Positions 1-12,777 of a stretch of DNA of 64,000 nt are shown here, one piece after another; position 1 is the first letter of the stretch, and every line of letters starts with the position of its first letter. The notes below the pieces were generated by a model. The model searched no databases, had not been told where the DNA came from, and was given only the letters and a program-made list of their open reading frames with translations. Source of the stretch: Flaccisagitta enflata (taxonomy: Eukaryota); contig OZ231126.1 of assembly GCA_965153355.1 (NCBI GenBank), positions 3,286,001 through 3,350,000 of the forward strand. The letters run 5' to 3'. The translations under genes were made by a program, and so were the position numbers.

Positions 1-300
1 TGGATAATACTGAAATTGGCTGGCCTAGAATTTGGGCATAATTACTAACAGACCAATTAACCAAACAAAAAAGTAGGTATTAAAACTCCTGTGTACTTCA
101 ACGAGTATTGACGTGAATGAGCTGGAGAAGCAAAAGGGCACATGTTACAAGAACAGGTGGGGGAATGATAATATCTATTTTAACACCTGGCTTGAAAAAT
201 AACAGGTACATTGTGTTGAAATATGTTAAAACATGTAAAACCGTGTTAAAATAATTTTAGCATTCCTCCACCTACAAGAAACCTACAAAGACTGCCTTAC

Positions 301-404
301 AATTGAGCCCACTGTAGTGCCTCATTGTCGTGGAAACGAAGGTCGTTTCTCAGTAAGCAGATAACCGTTCTGGAGCTTCCTTTAGAATGCTTCTTGGTCG
401 CCAT
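301..404 (-). CDS. cry-dash: Cryptochrome DASH (photolyase/cryptochrome family), first coding exon; gene continues beyond the left edge of the window
   Basis: ATG at 404 gives MATKKHSKGSSRTVICLLRNDLRFHDNEALQWAQ, closely matching the N-terminus of animal CRY-DASH as I recall it (SRTVICLLRNDLRLHDNE...WAQ). The exon ends at a canonical donor (TT|GTAAGG) at 300. Confidence 0.88.
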
Positions 405-560
405 CTGTCCGGAAGTCGAAATGAGGCGAGAGCGAGAGGAATGCGACCAGGGCAGAGGATGGATAGGAAGGCAGATATTCTGTCTGGTTATCGACAAATG
501 AAACGTCATTAATTAACGAATGTCATCCATTAATCGTTGTCGTCAACTAAGTAAGCTATC
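405..560. promoter_or_regulatory. Putative cry-DASH core promoter / 5' UTR, possibly bidirectional
   Basis: ETS-type CCGGAAGT at 409-416 just upstream of the ATG; DRE-like TATCGACA at 489-496; unique non-repetitive sequence. Confidence 0.35.
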
Positions 561-598
561 AACTGTGTCCATAACCGTTCAATGAGTTTAAAAAAAAA

Positions 599-788
599 AC
601 AAGGCCAACACCTATAAGTCGCGTGCGAGACTTACAGATTGATTTAGAATGACTCAGTATACTCTTAAAATGACTTTAAATGACTTAAGGAAAAAAATTG
701 ATAAAAAAGTAAAGTATAACCGACAGACCGACCAGCCGACCAACGACCGGACAAAGCAGGGTGTGGAGTCGCGTGCACACGACAAAAA
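599..788 (-). mobile_element. HINE/DINE-1-like non-autonomous Helentron, AGTCGCG family
   Basis: Reverse copy of the dispersed family: AACAAGGCC end, AGTCGCGTG subterminal repeats, (GACC)n-type microsatellite. Confidence 0.6.
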
Positions 789-2464
789 AAAGGGATGTCT
801 TGAACGATTTGGTCGGCAAGGTAATAGATCCAAACAGGGTGGTGTTGTGTGGAAGTATCGACTGGCTACAACAATAATATTAAGTTTGCTAGTCTAACTG
901 TATGAAGTTGGGAGCGTAGTTAGAATAACGTTTATTCATTTGATGTATGAGAGAGACAGAGAAGAACGCAGAAACTAGATCAGTTTTTCTTTTAGGCAGT
1001 GAGAGATGATTGAATAAATCTAGACAATTGGTAACCGTCCCTTTTATAGTGCCAGCAAACTCTTCCAAAGACACCCCTCCGCCGCGTGATTAAATGACAT
1101 AACCTAGACTGCAGGTCAGGCTGACCTTCAACTTTCATAACTCAGATGAGGGATTAAAGGTATCAAAGATCAAAGGGACCAAGGATCAAAGGTATCGGTG
1201 AATTACTTAACATTTACAGCTTTGACAGCTTTCGCCCACTTTATTAATGACAGCAATAAAAATGTTATGGTCAATGTTTACGACTTATTTACTACATTTT
1301 GTGTTTCCTTACAATATTCATGCTGTACCAATAAAGGCGGCTCTCGCCGACCGGAAAAAAATCGTTGAGGGGAGTTTTTTTTAAATGCATGTTCTTCTGT
1401 GTGTATCTCATGATATTTGGTTGATTGACTGTCTGTTATTATTATTTAATCTGTCTCTCTGTTTCTATTTTCCTTTCTACCTTCCTTTGTCTTTCAGTGT
1501 TTTTGTGTGTGTTTGTGCACAATGTAAAGATCAGTGGACTTGCACTTGGAGTGGGTGAAAAAAAAAGTTCACATAGAGGAACAAAGTTTTTTTTAAAGAA
1601 AACTAGACCCTTGACCGCATCAGACAGCACTTTTTACCTTATTCTTAACATTACTACATAAAAAAATAAGAAGCCAAATATATAAAATATGAAGGTTGTG
1701 AGTTGAACCTGCTCAAAACGCCGATTGTTTAAGCAAAACATGGCGTTCTTTACCATTTTAGAAAGCCAGAACACAGATGATCACGTTGCTGCAATCAGAG
1801 TTCAAAAAAGTTATCATTTAGTACATTTTTAGCCTATTTGAAATACGTCTCTCTCTTTTTTAGGAAATTGAATCCACTTTTTAAAGAATAGTTTCCACAG
1901 AAAACACGCTTTGTTTGGCAAAGCTGAAACTCTTTCAAAATAAGGTTCACAGCCATGTACTTTCAGCTCGTGTATAAATCAAAGCAGGTTTTGTTTCCGC
2001 AAAACTGTAGTAGTATGTAAAAGTTAAGCTATCAATTTTGTAGTGCTGCTCTCTCTTTTCTTTCTGCTTTGTCATTGGTGCTTTGAAAACTGTTCTGTTT
2101 TCTGATTGGTTGAATTTGCCATTCTTCCTTTCTAAACGATTCGCTAACCAATCAGATAAGCTCTTTCTTGTAATGCATATTTTCTTGCCAATGAGAGGCA
2201 GAAAGAAAACAGATGAACAGAAGGCCTTAGCGATGAGCAGGCAAATCAATGTTTTTAAAAGTTTTTTTAATCGTTATTTTCTGATACTATCCCTCGAACA
2301 AATAACTTGAAAAGCACAAACTAACATCTTTATGCTATTACCTTCCATTTAAAAAAAAAATTGTGTTAATACTCGCCTCCATTCAAATTCTATCAAAAGT
2401 CTAAGAAAACTAAAAGCAACTTTACAATGTGTTGTGTAGATAGTGTGTATGCGTGTGTATGCAT

Positions 2465-2465
2465 G

Positions 2466-2558
<93 letters not shown>

Positions 2559-2668
2559 ATGTGTCTCTCTCTCTCCCTCTCTCTCTGTGAAAATGTGTAT
2601 GTATGTGTGTGTGTGTATAAATGTATATCTCTCTCTCTCTTTTTTTCTTTCTCTCTCTCTCTCTCCCC

Positions 2669-2743
<75 letters not shown>
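2465..2743. repeat. (CT)n / (GT)n compound microsatellite
   Basis: Directly visible dinucleotide runs. Confidence 0.95.
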
Positions 2744-2746
<3 letters not shown>

Positions 2747-4072
2747 CAAAGTAAAATGCAAAAGCTAACGTCATAAAAGTTAAGGTCAATTTCTATAACA
2801 TTTTGACTCTTCTCTCTTATTAGACAACCGAAAAATAGGATCAATGTAAAATATCAATTTTTACAAAAAAAAAAAAACGAAAACAGATTCAAAATTTCAT
2901 AACGCCAAAACTAATGCTTATTGAGACTTCTGGTTGGCGCCATTTGAAAGAGAAAAATAAGCTTTTTCTTAGCTATGAATACCAAAAAATATAAACTCCC
3001 TACCCAAAAACGCCAAACTTTCAAAAATTGCTCCAAACCAAAAATAGAAAACTTTTTTTCCCCTACGTTTCAAAAAGTCGAATTACGTTATTCGACTTTT
3101 TTCCAATAAATGATTATATATAAAGTCATTGTTCATACTGTATCACATCACAACAAAAGTGGGTGTATTACAGATTCCTTGCTTCTACGACCTAGGAAAT
3201 AAATGCACGCTTTCAAAAACAAAACATTTATCGCTATTTCTTGAACAAATGACGCGGGGTCACAATATCGTTGCGGACGGGTGGGCAGAAGCATCTAACC
3301 CCCTATCCCCAACACTCAAACACGTACAAAAATATCAAAAACGCTCATTTCCCCACTTTTCAACTCAATGATCACAGACCAACGGACCAACGGACAAAGT
3401 CTCTTATAGAGTTGCGTGTCTGCAACTAAAAACCAATGTCCTAGTCGACCTATCAAGTTACTCGAGATAATTGATGATCGGGTGCTAAGCAGTCGCAGAT
3501 ACATGTATTTGCATTTGTTTTTAGGTACGACAAAGCGCCTCTATAACTAGCTCTGTCCGTCGGTCGGTCGGTTGGTCTGTGGGGTAACGCATTCGTTCGA
3601 CGATCCACACGTCGCACCTTATTGGCCTACTTGGCCTTGTTCTTTTCCATTTCCTTTTTTTGTGGCATGAAGTTTTCATCGAATGAAGCTAAAGTAGGTA
3701 ACCGCAACTGCATCCAGCCCATTGACATTCGCTCTTGTGAAGCTCTTTCGCATATCTGTTCAGGTTAAGTCTAGGAGAGCGCTACTTTTTAGATGCGTCC
3801 TCGCATCCTTGTAAGAGGGTTCGTCAGTCGGTATGTCAGCTTTTAGCACTTTTCATCCCTTATCAGATATTGAGATAATTTGATAGAACATCTGTTTAGA
3901 ACACAATTTAACATAGAGACACAGGACACACCGTTGCCCCATTGACTTCAGTTTTGTATTTCATTTGAATCCGCGGAGAAGACATGTAATGGTGGATCAA
4001 GCGACTCATTGAGTGTATGTTGCATAGTTGCAGGTGCCATCGACGCCAACTGCTCCACCGGTGACTAACTCT

Positions 4073-4727
4073 AGGGTAAATTCAGGAGAAACCAACCAAA
4101 TCATAAAACCCTCAACTCATAGATTTTGCTCATTTTTGGTGTGCCCGGGGGAGATATTCAAAAATCCCGAATCTTTTTGTTCTACGACCAATATTTTAGA
4201 TTTTACGGGCATTTGAAATTTTTGGAATATTGAGAATTTTGGGTATTTTGGCAAGGTTTAAATGGTCATAACTCCACTAGTATATATGGGAATGAGGTGA
4301 TCTTGGTATCAATCTACAAGTTTTAGCCTAAAGAATATTACAGAACAAAAACTTTATTGGAAAAATTTATATCTGAAGGTTTTTTTGCCTATGCGGGGCC
4401 ATTTTTGAGTACCCCTAGGTACCTAGTACGATGAAATTTGGTGAAATTTTTTTTGCAAAAGATTCTCTGATGTTTTTTTATTCATATCCAAAAGAAAATA
4501 AAATGGTGTTTTTCTTCAAAGATACTGAAAAAAAGGGTCAAAGTGAAGTCCTTTGATTCCTGGCTTCTGATTGGTTCTTTGGATCTATCGCTGACCAATC
4601 AGGAGCTAGGATTCAAAGGGCTTCACTTTGACCTATTATTTTTGTATCTTTGAAGAAAAACACCATTCTAATTTCTTTTGAATATGAATCAAAAAACATC
4701 AGAGAATCTTTTCCAAACATTTTTTTA
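4073..4727. mobile_element. Foldback/MITE remnant with about 140-bp inverted arms centred near 4585
   Basis: About 4448-4578 is the imperfect reverse complement of about 4594-4727 (e.g. GGTCAAAGTGAAG / CTTCACTTTGACC; AGATTCTCTGATG / CATCAGAGAATCT). The left boundary is approximate. Confidence 0.6.
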
Positions 4728-5405
4728 CGGCCTCAACCCCAAGTCCAAAGTAGACGTCAACCGCCCAACCAGTGACTTACCCTACGGCCCCACCCAAAAG
4801 TCCACAGCCAACGTCTCCGTCTAGTTTGCAAAACGGCATAACATTATCCGTCCCAACGCTTCTTGCCTTGCTACTATCTAGAACAAAAGTATGTCGGCAA
4901 GATAAGTATCAAGTTGCATATCCATTAAATCATTAAGAAAACATCAATGAAACACAAGTGATACTTTCTTTGAGTCTTTTGGACATCAAAAAATTTCATC
5001 AATTGTATTGATATGCTTTTTAGATGTATTTTGATGAGTAGAACGGCACGATCTCCTCTCATTATTTGAAAGCAGATTATTTTGAGCCCATGCTCAATAG
5101 TGTGTGGTCCCTTCCCTGTAGCTGTCTCTAAAAAACTATCTTACATGACACCGGGTTAAGAGGGCGTAAGGACGTGATATGACTACCCTTTGGCATCACA
5201 TAAGCAGCAAAATTTTCCTAAAATAACTGAAAAATATTGTTTAGCCAAATGTAGTAACTGATAGAAAATGAAAAACAATTTTTCTGCCACTTTGCTTTTG
5301 GAGTAGCAATCTTGTTTTACTTGTCATTTCTAAACAAATTGAGATAGAAGAACCCAGTTGGTGACATTAGTTTAGAAATTCGATGTAGTTTTAGAATCTC
5401 ACCAA

Positions 5406-5552
5406 TTTTTAGTCGCGGACACACGACTCTACACCTTGCCGTGTCGGTCGGTCCGTCTGTCCGTCCAAAATATTTTTGAATGGCGATTGGTTAACACATA
5501 ACTGCTCCTGCCCAACCATCCGCGACTGGATTGCCGTGTATCCGGCCTTGTT
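5406..5552 (+). mobile_element. HINE/DINE-1-like element (representative complete copy)
   Basis: TTTTT-AGTCGCG...CACGACT 5' inverted repeat, (GTCG/GTCC)n tract, 3' CGCGACT subTIR, GCCGTGTATCCGGC stem-loop, TTGTT end. Related copies lie at about 5678-5813, 9427-9625, 10185-10365, 11118-11248, 39276-39438, 61956-62114, 63140-63435 and 63475-63687. Confidence 0.7.
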
Positions 5553-6113
5553 AATACATGTATAAATATCTTGTATTAAGCATAATGCTTGCCGACAAAC
5601 ATATGTTCTAGATAGTACTTGTGGCGCCCATTTTTACCGCCGGTCAGTAGCTTCAGAATGCCCATCTATTTTTGATTCTTAGTCGCGGATGCGTGACACT
5701 ACAACTTGCCGCGTTGGTCGGTCTGTCTGCAATATTTTCGAATTGCGAGCTAGTTTCGCATTACTGCTCCTGCCTAACCGTCCGCGACTGGGTAGCTGTG
5801 TATCCGACCTTGTTACCTTTTTACCTTCCCTACCGAGTACAGCCGTACAGGATTTTTAAAGATTGTCACCCTCTGCTCAGGACTAACTGTTGGAATGATT
5901 TTCATGATTATTCGGCGATTCTCGGCACTGCCAAGATGACTTAATCTCTGCCGAGACGATATAGAGAGCCAGGTCACCTGAGGCAGTTTCCTCAATAAAC
6001 TTGACTGGCTGAAATTAGGCGCCTGAATGCGTAAATATGAATAAAAATGTTATAATTTGATAATGGTCACATTGATTAGCTTGATTTTTAAGCCCTATGC
6101 TCAGAATTTGATA

Positions 6114-6713
6114 CAGTGGGATTCATGGAATAACAGCTTAAATTAGAGGAAGGTATATAAGTGTTTTTAAATTCATTTGACAAACTTGATATGGTAAATT
6201 TAAATAGTTCTTGATGCTTGCGTCCCTGAGTTTTGGTTGCTAAGGAAATAAAAATCATTTTTTCGAGCATTTATAACTGCAAGAATATCAATATTTTGAC
6301 AGAAATGATGACAGAACATTGCTCAGAATTTAATTGGCTGCGACTACCACAGTGTTCTTTAAGAATATTGCTAATTTAGCTGTTGCTAAGGAGCATCACA
6401 TAGCAACCAGTAAATGATGCTCCCTAACAACAACTAAAGAAGCGATATTCTTAAAAAACACACAACATACTATGGGAAAGTTGTTGAAAATTTGATTTTG
6501 AGCAATGATCCTTCACCACATTTGTGGGAAACCTTGATATTTTAATAGTTATGACTGTTTGAAAAAATGATTTTGGTTTCCACGGCAACGAAAAAATACA
6601 ACAGACAAGCATCAATTGTGCAACTTATATTTCAAATATCAAGTCTTTCAAATCAAATTAAGACATTCAAATACCTTCCTCCAGTTTAGTCTGTTATTCC
6701 ATGAACCCTACTG
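6114..6713. mobile_element. Tc1/mariner-type foldback MITE, about 600 bp
   Basis: TIRs CAGTGGGATTCATGGAATAACAG / CTGTTATTCCATGAACCCTACTG with TA on the left; imperfect inverted symmetry along the whole length to a centre near 6405. Confidence 0.75.
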
Positions 6714-7149
6714 AACTCTTTTAGTCCATATCTGAAAAAATATTCTATATCATAAAATAAGTTCATATGTGTTAATTTTTATAACAATCAGAGTTACATA
6801 AGTTTGCAACAGGGTATTAACACATTAAGACACTCTTTTCAAAAATCAATATCTCCAGCTAGAATTGACATAAAGGTCTAAAATTTAGCATATAACATGG
6901 GTTATGTCTGTACTAAATAAGGAAAAACGAAATTTTCAATGACATCTAAAATATTGTTATTTAAAATATACTACCACATATCAAAAATGGACAAATCATC
7001 ATTTTGAACAAATCAACTGTCAGTGAGATTTTATCATAGTAAGGATTATAATCATCCAAAAATCATTCATAATTAAGTGGGCTTGATGATGTTTTGATGT
7101 CTTTTCCATTGTGGTTTTGAGTGTGACATCACTAAGACATAATAGTTGC

Positions 7150-7912
7150 AAAAGCGTTACATGGTCAGCGGTACCCGAAGCCCCTAAGTTAGTGTATGTG
7201 GGAATGAGTTTATGAGAGGGGCAGCGGCCCCGGAAGGGCCGATGACCTATGATTCCACATAGGACAATTTTCTCTGGTTTGAAAAACTAGGTGGGGGGGG
7301 GCTGAGAGGCCTGATCTTGGGTGTGAAAGGTCTGATTTACGGTCTGAGAGGGGTGATTTGGGGTCTGAAAGGGACTGATTAGGGGTCTGGGAGGCCTGAT
7401 TTGGGGTCTGACAAGCCTGATATGGATCTTAGAGGCCTGATTTGGGGTTTTAGCGGTCTGATTTGGGGTCTTAGCGGTCTGATTTGGGGTCTTAGCGGTC
7501 TGATTTGGGGTCTGAAAGGGCCTGATTTTGGGTCGGAGAGGCCTGATTTTGGGTCTGAAATGCTAAATTTGGGGTCTGAAAGGGCCTGATTTAGGGTCTG
7601 AGAGGCCTGTTTTGGGGTCTGAGGCCTGATTTAGGGTCTGGGAGGCCCTATTTTAGGTCTGAGAGGCCTGATTTAGGGTCAGAAAGGTCTGTTTTGGGGG
7701 CTGAAAGGCCTGATTTAGGGTCTGGGAGGCCCTATTTTAGGTCTGAGAGGCCTGATTTGGGGGCTGAAAGGCCTGATTTGGGTTTAAAAGGGCTTCATTT
7801 GCAATCTGGGAGGCTTGTTTTGATGCTGGGGGGGGACGTATGGACGGAAACCGGAGAAAATTGCCCTATGTGGAATCATAGGTCATTGGCCCCTTCGGGG
7901 CCGCTGCCCAAA
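7150..7912 (-). mobile_element. HINE-like element (GGGCAGCGGCCCC family) with central 21-bp tandem array
   Basis: Subterminal inverted repeats GGGCAGCGGCCCC / GGGGCCGCTGCCC enclose about 7305-7800 tandem GGCCTGATTTGGGGTCTGAGA-like units. Confidence 0.65.
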
Positions 7913-8983
7913 GACCAACCGACCAACCAACGGACACAGCCAGTTATAGAGGTGCTTTGTCGCACCTAAAAATTTGGAAACGTCTGGTGGGGAGAAACGC
8001 TAACACAAAAACAAAACAATAAATACGGTGAGTAGTCCTCGCCGAGGACACAATTTTAGGTTCGCTTCCGTTTCCATTTTGTAGTACAAATACTAGTAGC
8101 ATCCCCACTGGTTTAAGATGAAAAAAATATTACGATGCAAGTTGTTTTTTTGCAAAATTGCGTGGCCCATGCCCAACCGCGATTTGGGGCAGGCGTGCAT
8201 CCTGCCAAAAAGTTGTTTGTTTAAGCTCGGCTATCATCCTTAACAAGCCCGACCGGGCAAGTCAAGGTGCAATTTTTATGGTCAAATCATATTCGAGAAA
8301 AAAAAAATATGTTGAATTCAGTTTTTTAAAAAAGAAATCATATTTTTAGTATAGTTTACTTATTTATTTGCATTGAGAATCATTAATGTTTTCAAAATCA
8401 GTTTAAACTATTGAGGAAAAAAGAAAATTGGCCTCCATTCCTTGACTTGTCTCACGTGAAATTCTGAATCTGTGAATATGCGAATGCATAAATTTGCATT
8501 TCTAAAAACTTGGCCCTGTTCTAAAGACATTTAAGATAGGGGCCGTGTTCTTAGAAACGCAAAATTTTGCATTCAGAGAGAAATTAAGAATTTCACGCGA
8601 AATGATTTTCCAAATTTGCTCTTCCTACGCACTACAACGCAAAGAAGCGTCCTGGCTGTGTCTCTGCGTTATTGAATTTGGCGCCGAACATGCCAGATAT
8701 ATGGAGGGTCACTAAGATGGACAGACGGACAGATCAATGACCTCAGAGCATCTCAAAGAGTGTTTGGATTGATATGTAACCTGGCCGCGGTTGAAAAGTG
8801 CCGAAAACTATGATTTTCAAGGAGGCGTACTGGACACACCAACGGACAGATTGGCAGACGGACAGACCCTCTTATAGAGATGCGTTCCTGACGGACGCAT
8901 CTAAAAAGTGCACAGTTTCCGTCACGCTGCAGTTGTATAAAAGCCAGAAAGCGGATAGAAATGATGATTTTCTATTTTACATC

Positions 8984-9383
8984 TAGAGGCAATGAAAATA
9001 TAATGAGGAGCAGCCAAAATCTCTAGCAACCCCCCCTGCAGTTTGAACGATTGATATTAAGTTAACTTTTAAAGTAGCAGCTGATAACTTGTCCCAATGG
9101 AATTCTCGTGATCGGGGCAATTTTTTTATTTCAACTTAGTTTTCAAGAAACATCCTTTTAAAGGGTCAAAATCAACTATTTTTGCAATTGTTGAATTTTG
9201 CTCTATTATGGCTATTATCTCAGATAATATGAAAAAATTGAAAAATCGCCTTGATGATGGGAATTGAATTGAAATATACTAGCATCTACCATTTCACTCA
9301 CCCCTATTATATTCATATTAAAAGCTGCAGGGGGGGTTGCTAGAGATTTTGCGGCTCCTCGCATTGTATTTTCATTGCAACTG
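8984..9383. mobile_element. TA-type MITE, copy 1
   Basis: Long TIRs (GCAATGAAAATA...AAAATCTCTAGCAACCCCCCCTGCAG and its reverse complement); homologous to 16095-16496. Confidence 0.8.
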
Positions 9384-9673
9384 TACGCGATTTGGTAAAC
9401 AGCAACACAGAAAAAGAGGTTACATATTTTTAGTCGAGTGCTACCCGACTCTGCACCCCGCTTTGTCTGTCCGTTTGTCCATCCGTCATGCCATCCGTCA
9501 GTCGGTCCCTATTATACTTTTTCAGCGTATTTCAGCGTTTTGAGCTCACTGCTCCTGCCCAAACGTCCCAGAAACCTCCATCAGTGCCCCTGCCCACCCG
9601 CACGTGACTAGGGTAGCCGTATATCCGTGTACCCGTGTATCCGTGTACCCAATACACGCAAGATTCACGCGAC

Positions 9674-9858
9674 TTTTTAGTCGCGTGCACGCGACTACAA
9701 CCCGCTTTGTCCGTTGGTCGGTTGGTTGGTCACACTTTACTTTTTTTTATGATTTTATTACTTTGACCTCATGGCTCCTGCCCAAATGGTCTGGTGACCT
9801 CAAATATGGCCCCTGCCCACCCGCACGCGACTTCGGTAGCCGTGTATCCGGCCTTGTT
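9674..9858 (+). mobile_element. HINE-like element, young subfamily
   Basis: Full HINE layout; a near-identical inverted copy lies at 17719-17902. Confidence 0.75.
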
Positions 9859-10052
9859 TCGTCTTTACAATTGTTCTTAGACAAAAGAACAAGGCCACGT
9901 AGGCCAATAAGGTGCGACGTGTGGATCGTCGAACAAATGCGTTACCAACCAACTGACCAAGCAACCAACTGACGGACAGAGCCAGTTGTAGAGGTGCTTT
10001 GTCGCTCCTAAAACGGTCAGAGTCCCCCATTGAAAATATCTAAGAAAAAAAA

Positions 10053-10724
10053 ATGTACCGATTCCAATTTTTACAGAGAAGTCCTAAAAAAGGTGTAAAA
10101 TCAAAATATCATATTCATTTTTACCAAACCTGAGCCAAAAAATTAGAAACGGTTATTTGTGTTAAAAATGGCCATCTTTATTATAACAAGGCTGGATACA
10201 CGGCTACTCTAGTTGCATGTAGGTGGGCAGGAGCAGTGCTGGAGAAGGTCACTAGGGCATCTGGGCAGCAGTTCAAAAACGCCAAAAAAATGAAAAGGGG
10301 ACTGACCGACCGACCAACCAACGGACCAACATAGCGAGGTGTAGTCGCGTAGCATGCGACTAAAAACTGTTCTCAAGTATACATTTTCAGTATCCTTTTA
10401 TCTATTTATCTCCTGTAAAAGATAAGCGCGTTTTTAGCAAAAACACAAAACCGTAATATGCAAATGAGATTAGTTCAAATTTTTGAGACCTGACCTGATT
10501 AGGGTAAAAACACATTTTTTTCATAGTAGCTAATGGACTATAACGGTAACATGTTTCTAAAAAAATATTGAAAATGTATACCATAGTATAATTTTCATAG
10601 TAAAAATAGTTGTTTTTAGCACTAAAAACCGTTTCTATTTTTTTTGGCCAAGGTAAGACTAAAATTAACATGATATTCTGATTCTACACCCTTTTTAGGA
10701 CCACTTTGTGAAAAAATTGGTACA
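10053..10724. mobile_element. Foldback MITE with nested HINE (about 10185-10365)
   Basis: Ends TGTACC...GTCCTAAAAAAGGTGTAAAATCAAAATATCAT and ATGATATTCTGATTCTACACCCTTTTTAGGAC...GGTACA are imperfect inverted repeats. Confidence 0.65.
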
Positions 10725-11486
10725 TATTTAGATGCGGACATGCAACTCTATAAGAGCTTTTGTATGTCGGTTTGTCTGTTGGTCCAGCCATGGACACAAG
10801 TTAAACAGTGCCTGCCCACCCGTCCGCAACTGGTATGGGCCGTGCATCCGGCTTTGTTTATTTTTCAAAACCTTTGAAATTGAGATATTTGAAATGGGGG
10901 ACCCCGACCGTATCAATCAAAAATCATCCACAAAACAAAGACGTAAATGTTTTGGGCGTTGTCTGTTACACAGATGACCGGCTTAGCTGATATACAGAAA
11001 GATGTTTATGGTGTTAGGAATAAACTGAAGCCCAACAGTATCTCCCACAGTATTATGCAAATTAAGACATAAAAGAAGGCTGCTAAAAAAACAGAAGATG
11101 ACTATTTTTGGAAAAATAACAAGGCCGTATACACGAGCCAAAGTCGCGTGCGGGTGGGCAGGAGCGGCGAAAAAGCTAAAAAAGCTAAGTGGGACTGACG
11201 GACAGACGGACAGAGTGGGTCATAGAGTCGCGTGCACGCGACTAAAAAGGGTCAGGGCCTTGAAATTAGTCCCTCCGTCTTGGGTAAGCGGGACAAGAAG
11301 AAATTCCAAACTTTTTGTATGTGAAGCACCCAAGCTACCCCTGTCACCTCCCGTGCTCATATCAAACTGCAACCACCACCGCGCCTTTTTAGTCGCGTGA
11401 ACGCGACTCTAGAAGCCGCTATGTCGGTCGGTCGGTCCCTTCACGTCACATAACTTTTTTGAAATATCGCTTTGGTCTTCATTTTA

Positions 11487-11808
11487 AAGGTACTTAAGGG
11501 TACTTTAGAGTACTTAAAGGTACTTAAGGGTACTTTAGGGTACTTTAGGATACTTAAGGGTACTATAGGTATTAAAGGTTCTATAGGGTACTTTAAGTAT
11601 TTTAGGGTACTTTAGGGTACTTAAGGTTATTTTAGGGTACATTAAGCACTTAAGGGTACTTAAAGGTACTTTAAGTACTTTATTTTTATTTATTACCTTT
11701 GTTACCTTTACCTTTTCTACCTTTACATTTGCCTTTATTACCTTTGCCTTTATTACCTTTACCTTTATTACCTTTATTACCTTTATTACCTTTATTACCC
11801 TTATTACC
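11487..11808. repeat. 10-bp (GGTACTTAAG-like) then 9-bp (TTTATTACC) tandem arrays inside a HINE-like element (about 11386-11834)
   Basis: Direct tandem units, flanked by TTTTTAGTCGCG and CGCGACT...CCTTGTT. Confidence 0.8.
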
Positions 11809-12248
11809 ACGCGACTAAGGTTTGTTGACCTTGTTTATATTAACCTCTCAATTTTTTGGTCAAAACTGCTACTTAGTGATTGGAATTACGTAAAATGTGC
11901 CAATATTACCACATATGAGCTTGTTGCAAATCATTTGGAACATTTGGGGGAGGGACAGAACAACAAAACAACAAAAATGTACATTTGTCCGAAACATTTC
12001 GGAATTCCGAATGTTCCCTCCACTTCTAGTACCAGCCATCACTGGTAATTTGTGATTGAGGCCAGTAAAACCATTCGCAGCATTTTGATAATAGTTCAAA
12101 TTTTAGAAACAGTTTGGTCAACTTTAAAGATAAGCTCGCAGAATTACTACTTATTCAACTACACTTATTATTCAAAATCGTGTTCAACCCATGTAAAAAA
12201 GATTTTGGGGACACCCGGTATATATTATTGTATGTTTTTGCAAATCAG

Positions 12249-12377
12249 ATGGTCGTTCAAAGCGGATTTCGATGGAAGAAGAGCAACATCTCGTTCCCGA
12301 AGATGAAGACGTCTTTGTAGATCTCGATATGACTCCCAGACACGAGCCGGAACCCTTTCTGTCCGACCCGCCAAAAA
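12249..12377 (+). CDS. Candidate internal coding exon of an unidentified gene
   Basis: Acceptor TGTTTTTGCAAATCAG|, donor |GTGAGT, 129 nt, phase 1-1; open frame GRSKRISMEEEQHLVPEDEDVFVDLDMTPRHEPEPFLSDPPK. Confidence 0.4.
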
Positions 12378-12493
12378 GTGAGTTGACATGACATTGCATG
12401 ACATGACATTGCATTACCTTACATTCCAAAAAGCATCATAATATGATCTGTTATCCAAACTTGATCCGCAATATAACTTGGTCTATCTTACAG

Positions 12494-12675
12494 TCAGGCC
12501 CGGCCATAGAAATGCTAGCCCCCTTGGCCGGGTCCTTCCTCCACTTTATATCCTTCCCCTCCCCATCCCCCCGCTTTTTAGTTTTAAGTTATCAATTTAT
12601 TATCTTGAAATTTATGGTAGAGTTCAACTTTCTTCTTCCAAGGCTTGCAATCTGATATTTGTATTTCAAGCATAA
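12494..12675 (+). CDS. Candidate terminal exon following 12249-12377
   Basis: Acceptor TCTATCTTACAG| after a 116-nt intron; phase-compatible frame (I)RPGHRNASPLGRVLPPLY...VFQA*; AATAAA at 12687-12692. Confidence 0.3.
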
Positions 12676-12777
12676 GTTCTAAAGATAATAAAAAAAACAG
12701 TAAATCATCTGTATCCTGACGCTAGTCTTGAAAGAAAAAAAGCTGAGCACTTATGACTTAAACTACACTGACTGACC

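Noticed and set aside
1-296. Second cry-DASH exon
   Set aside because: I found no minus-strand frame giving the expected continuation (about NAxxxxPLYCFDP), so this is intron.
2098-2158. Paired CCAAT boxes (also at 4567-4602)
   Set aside because: They are the inverted centre of foldback-type repeats rather than evidence of a gene promoter.
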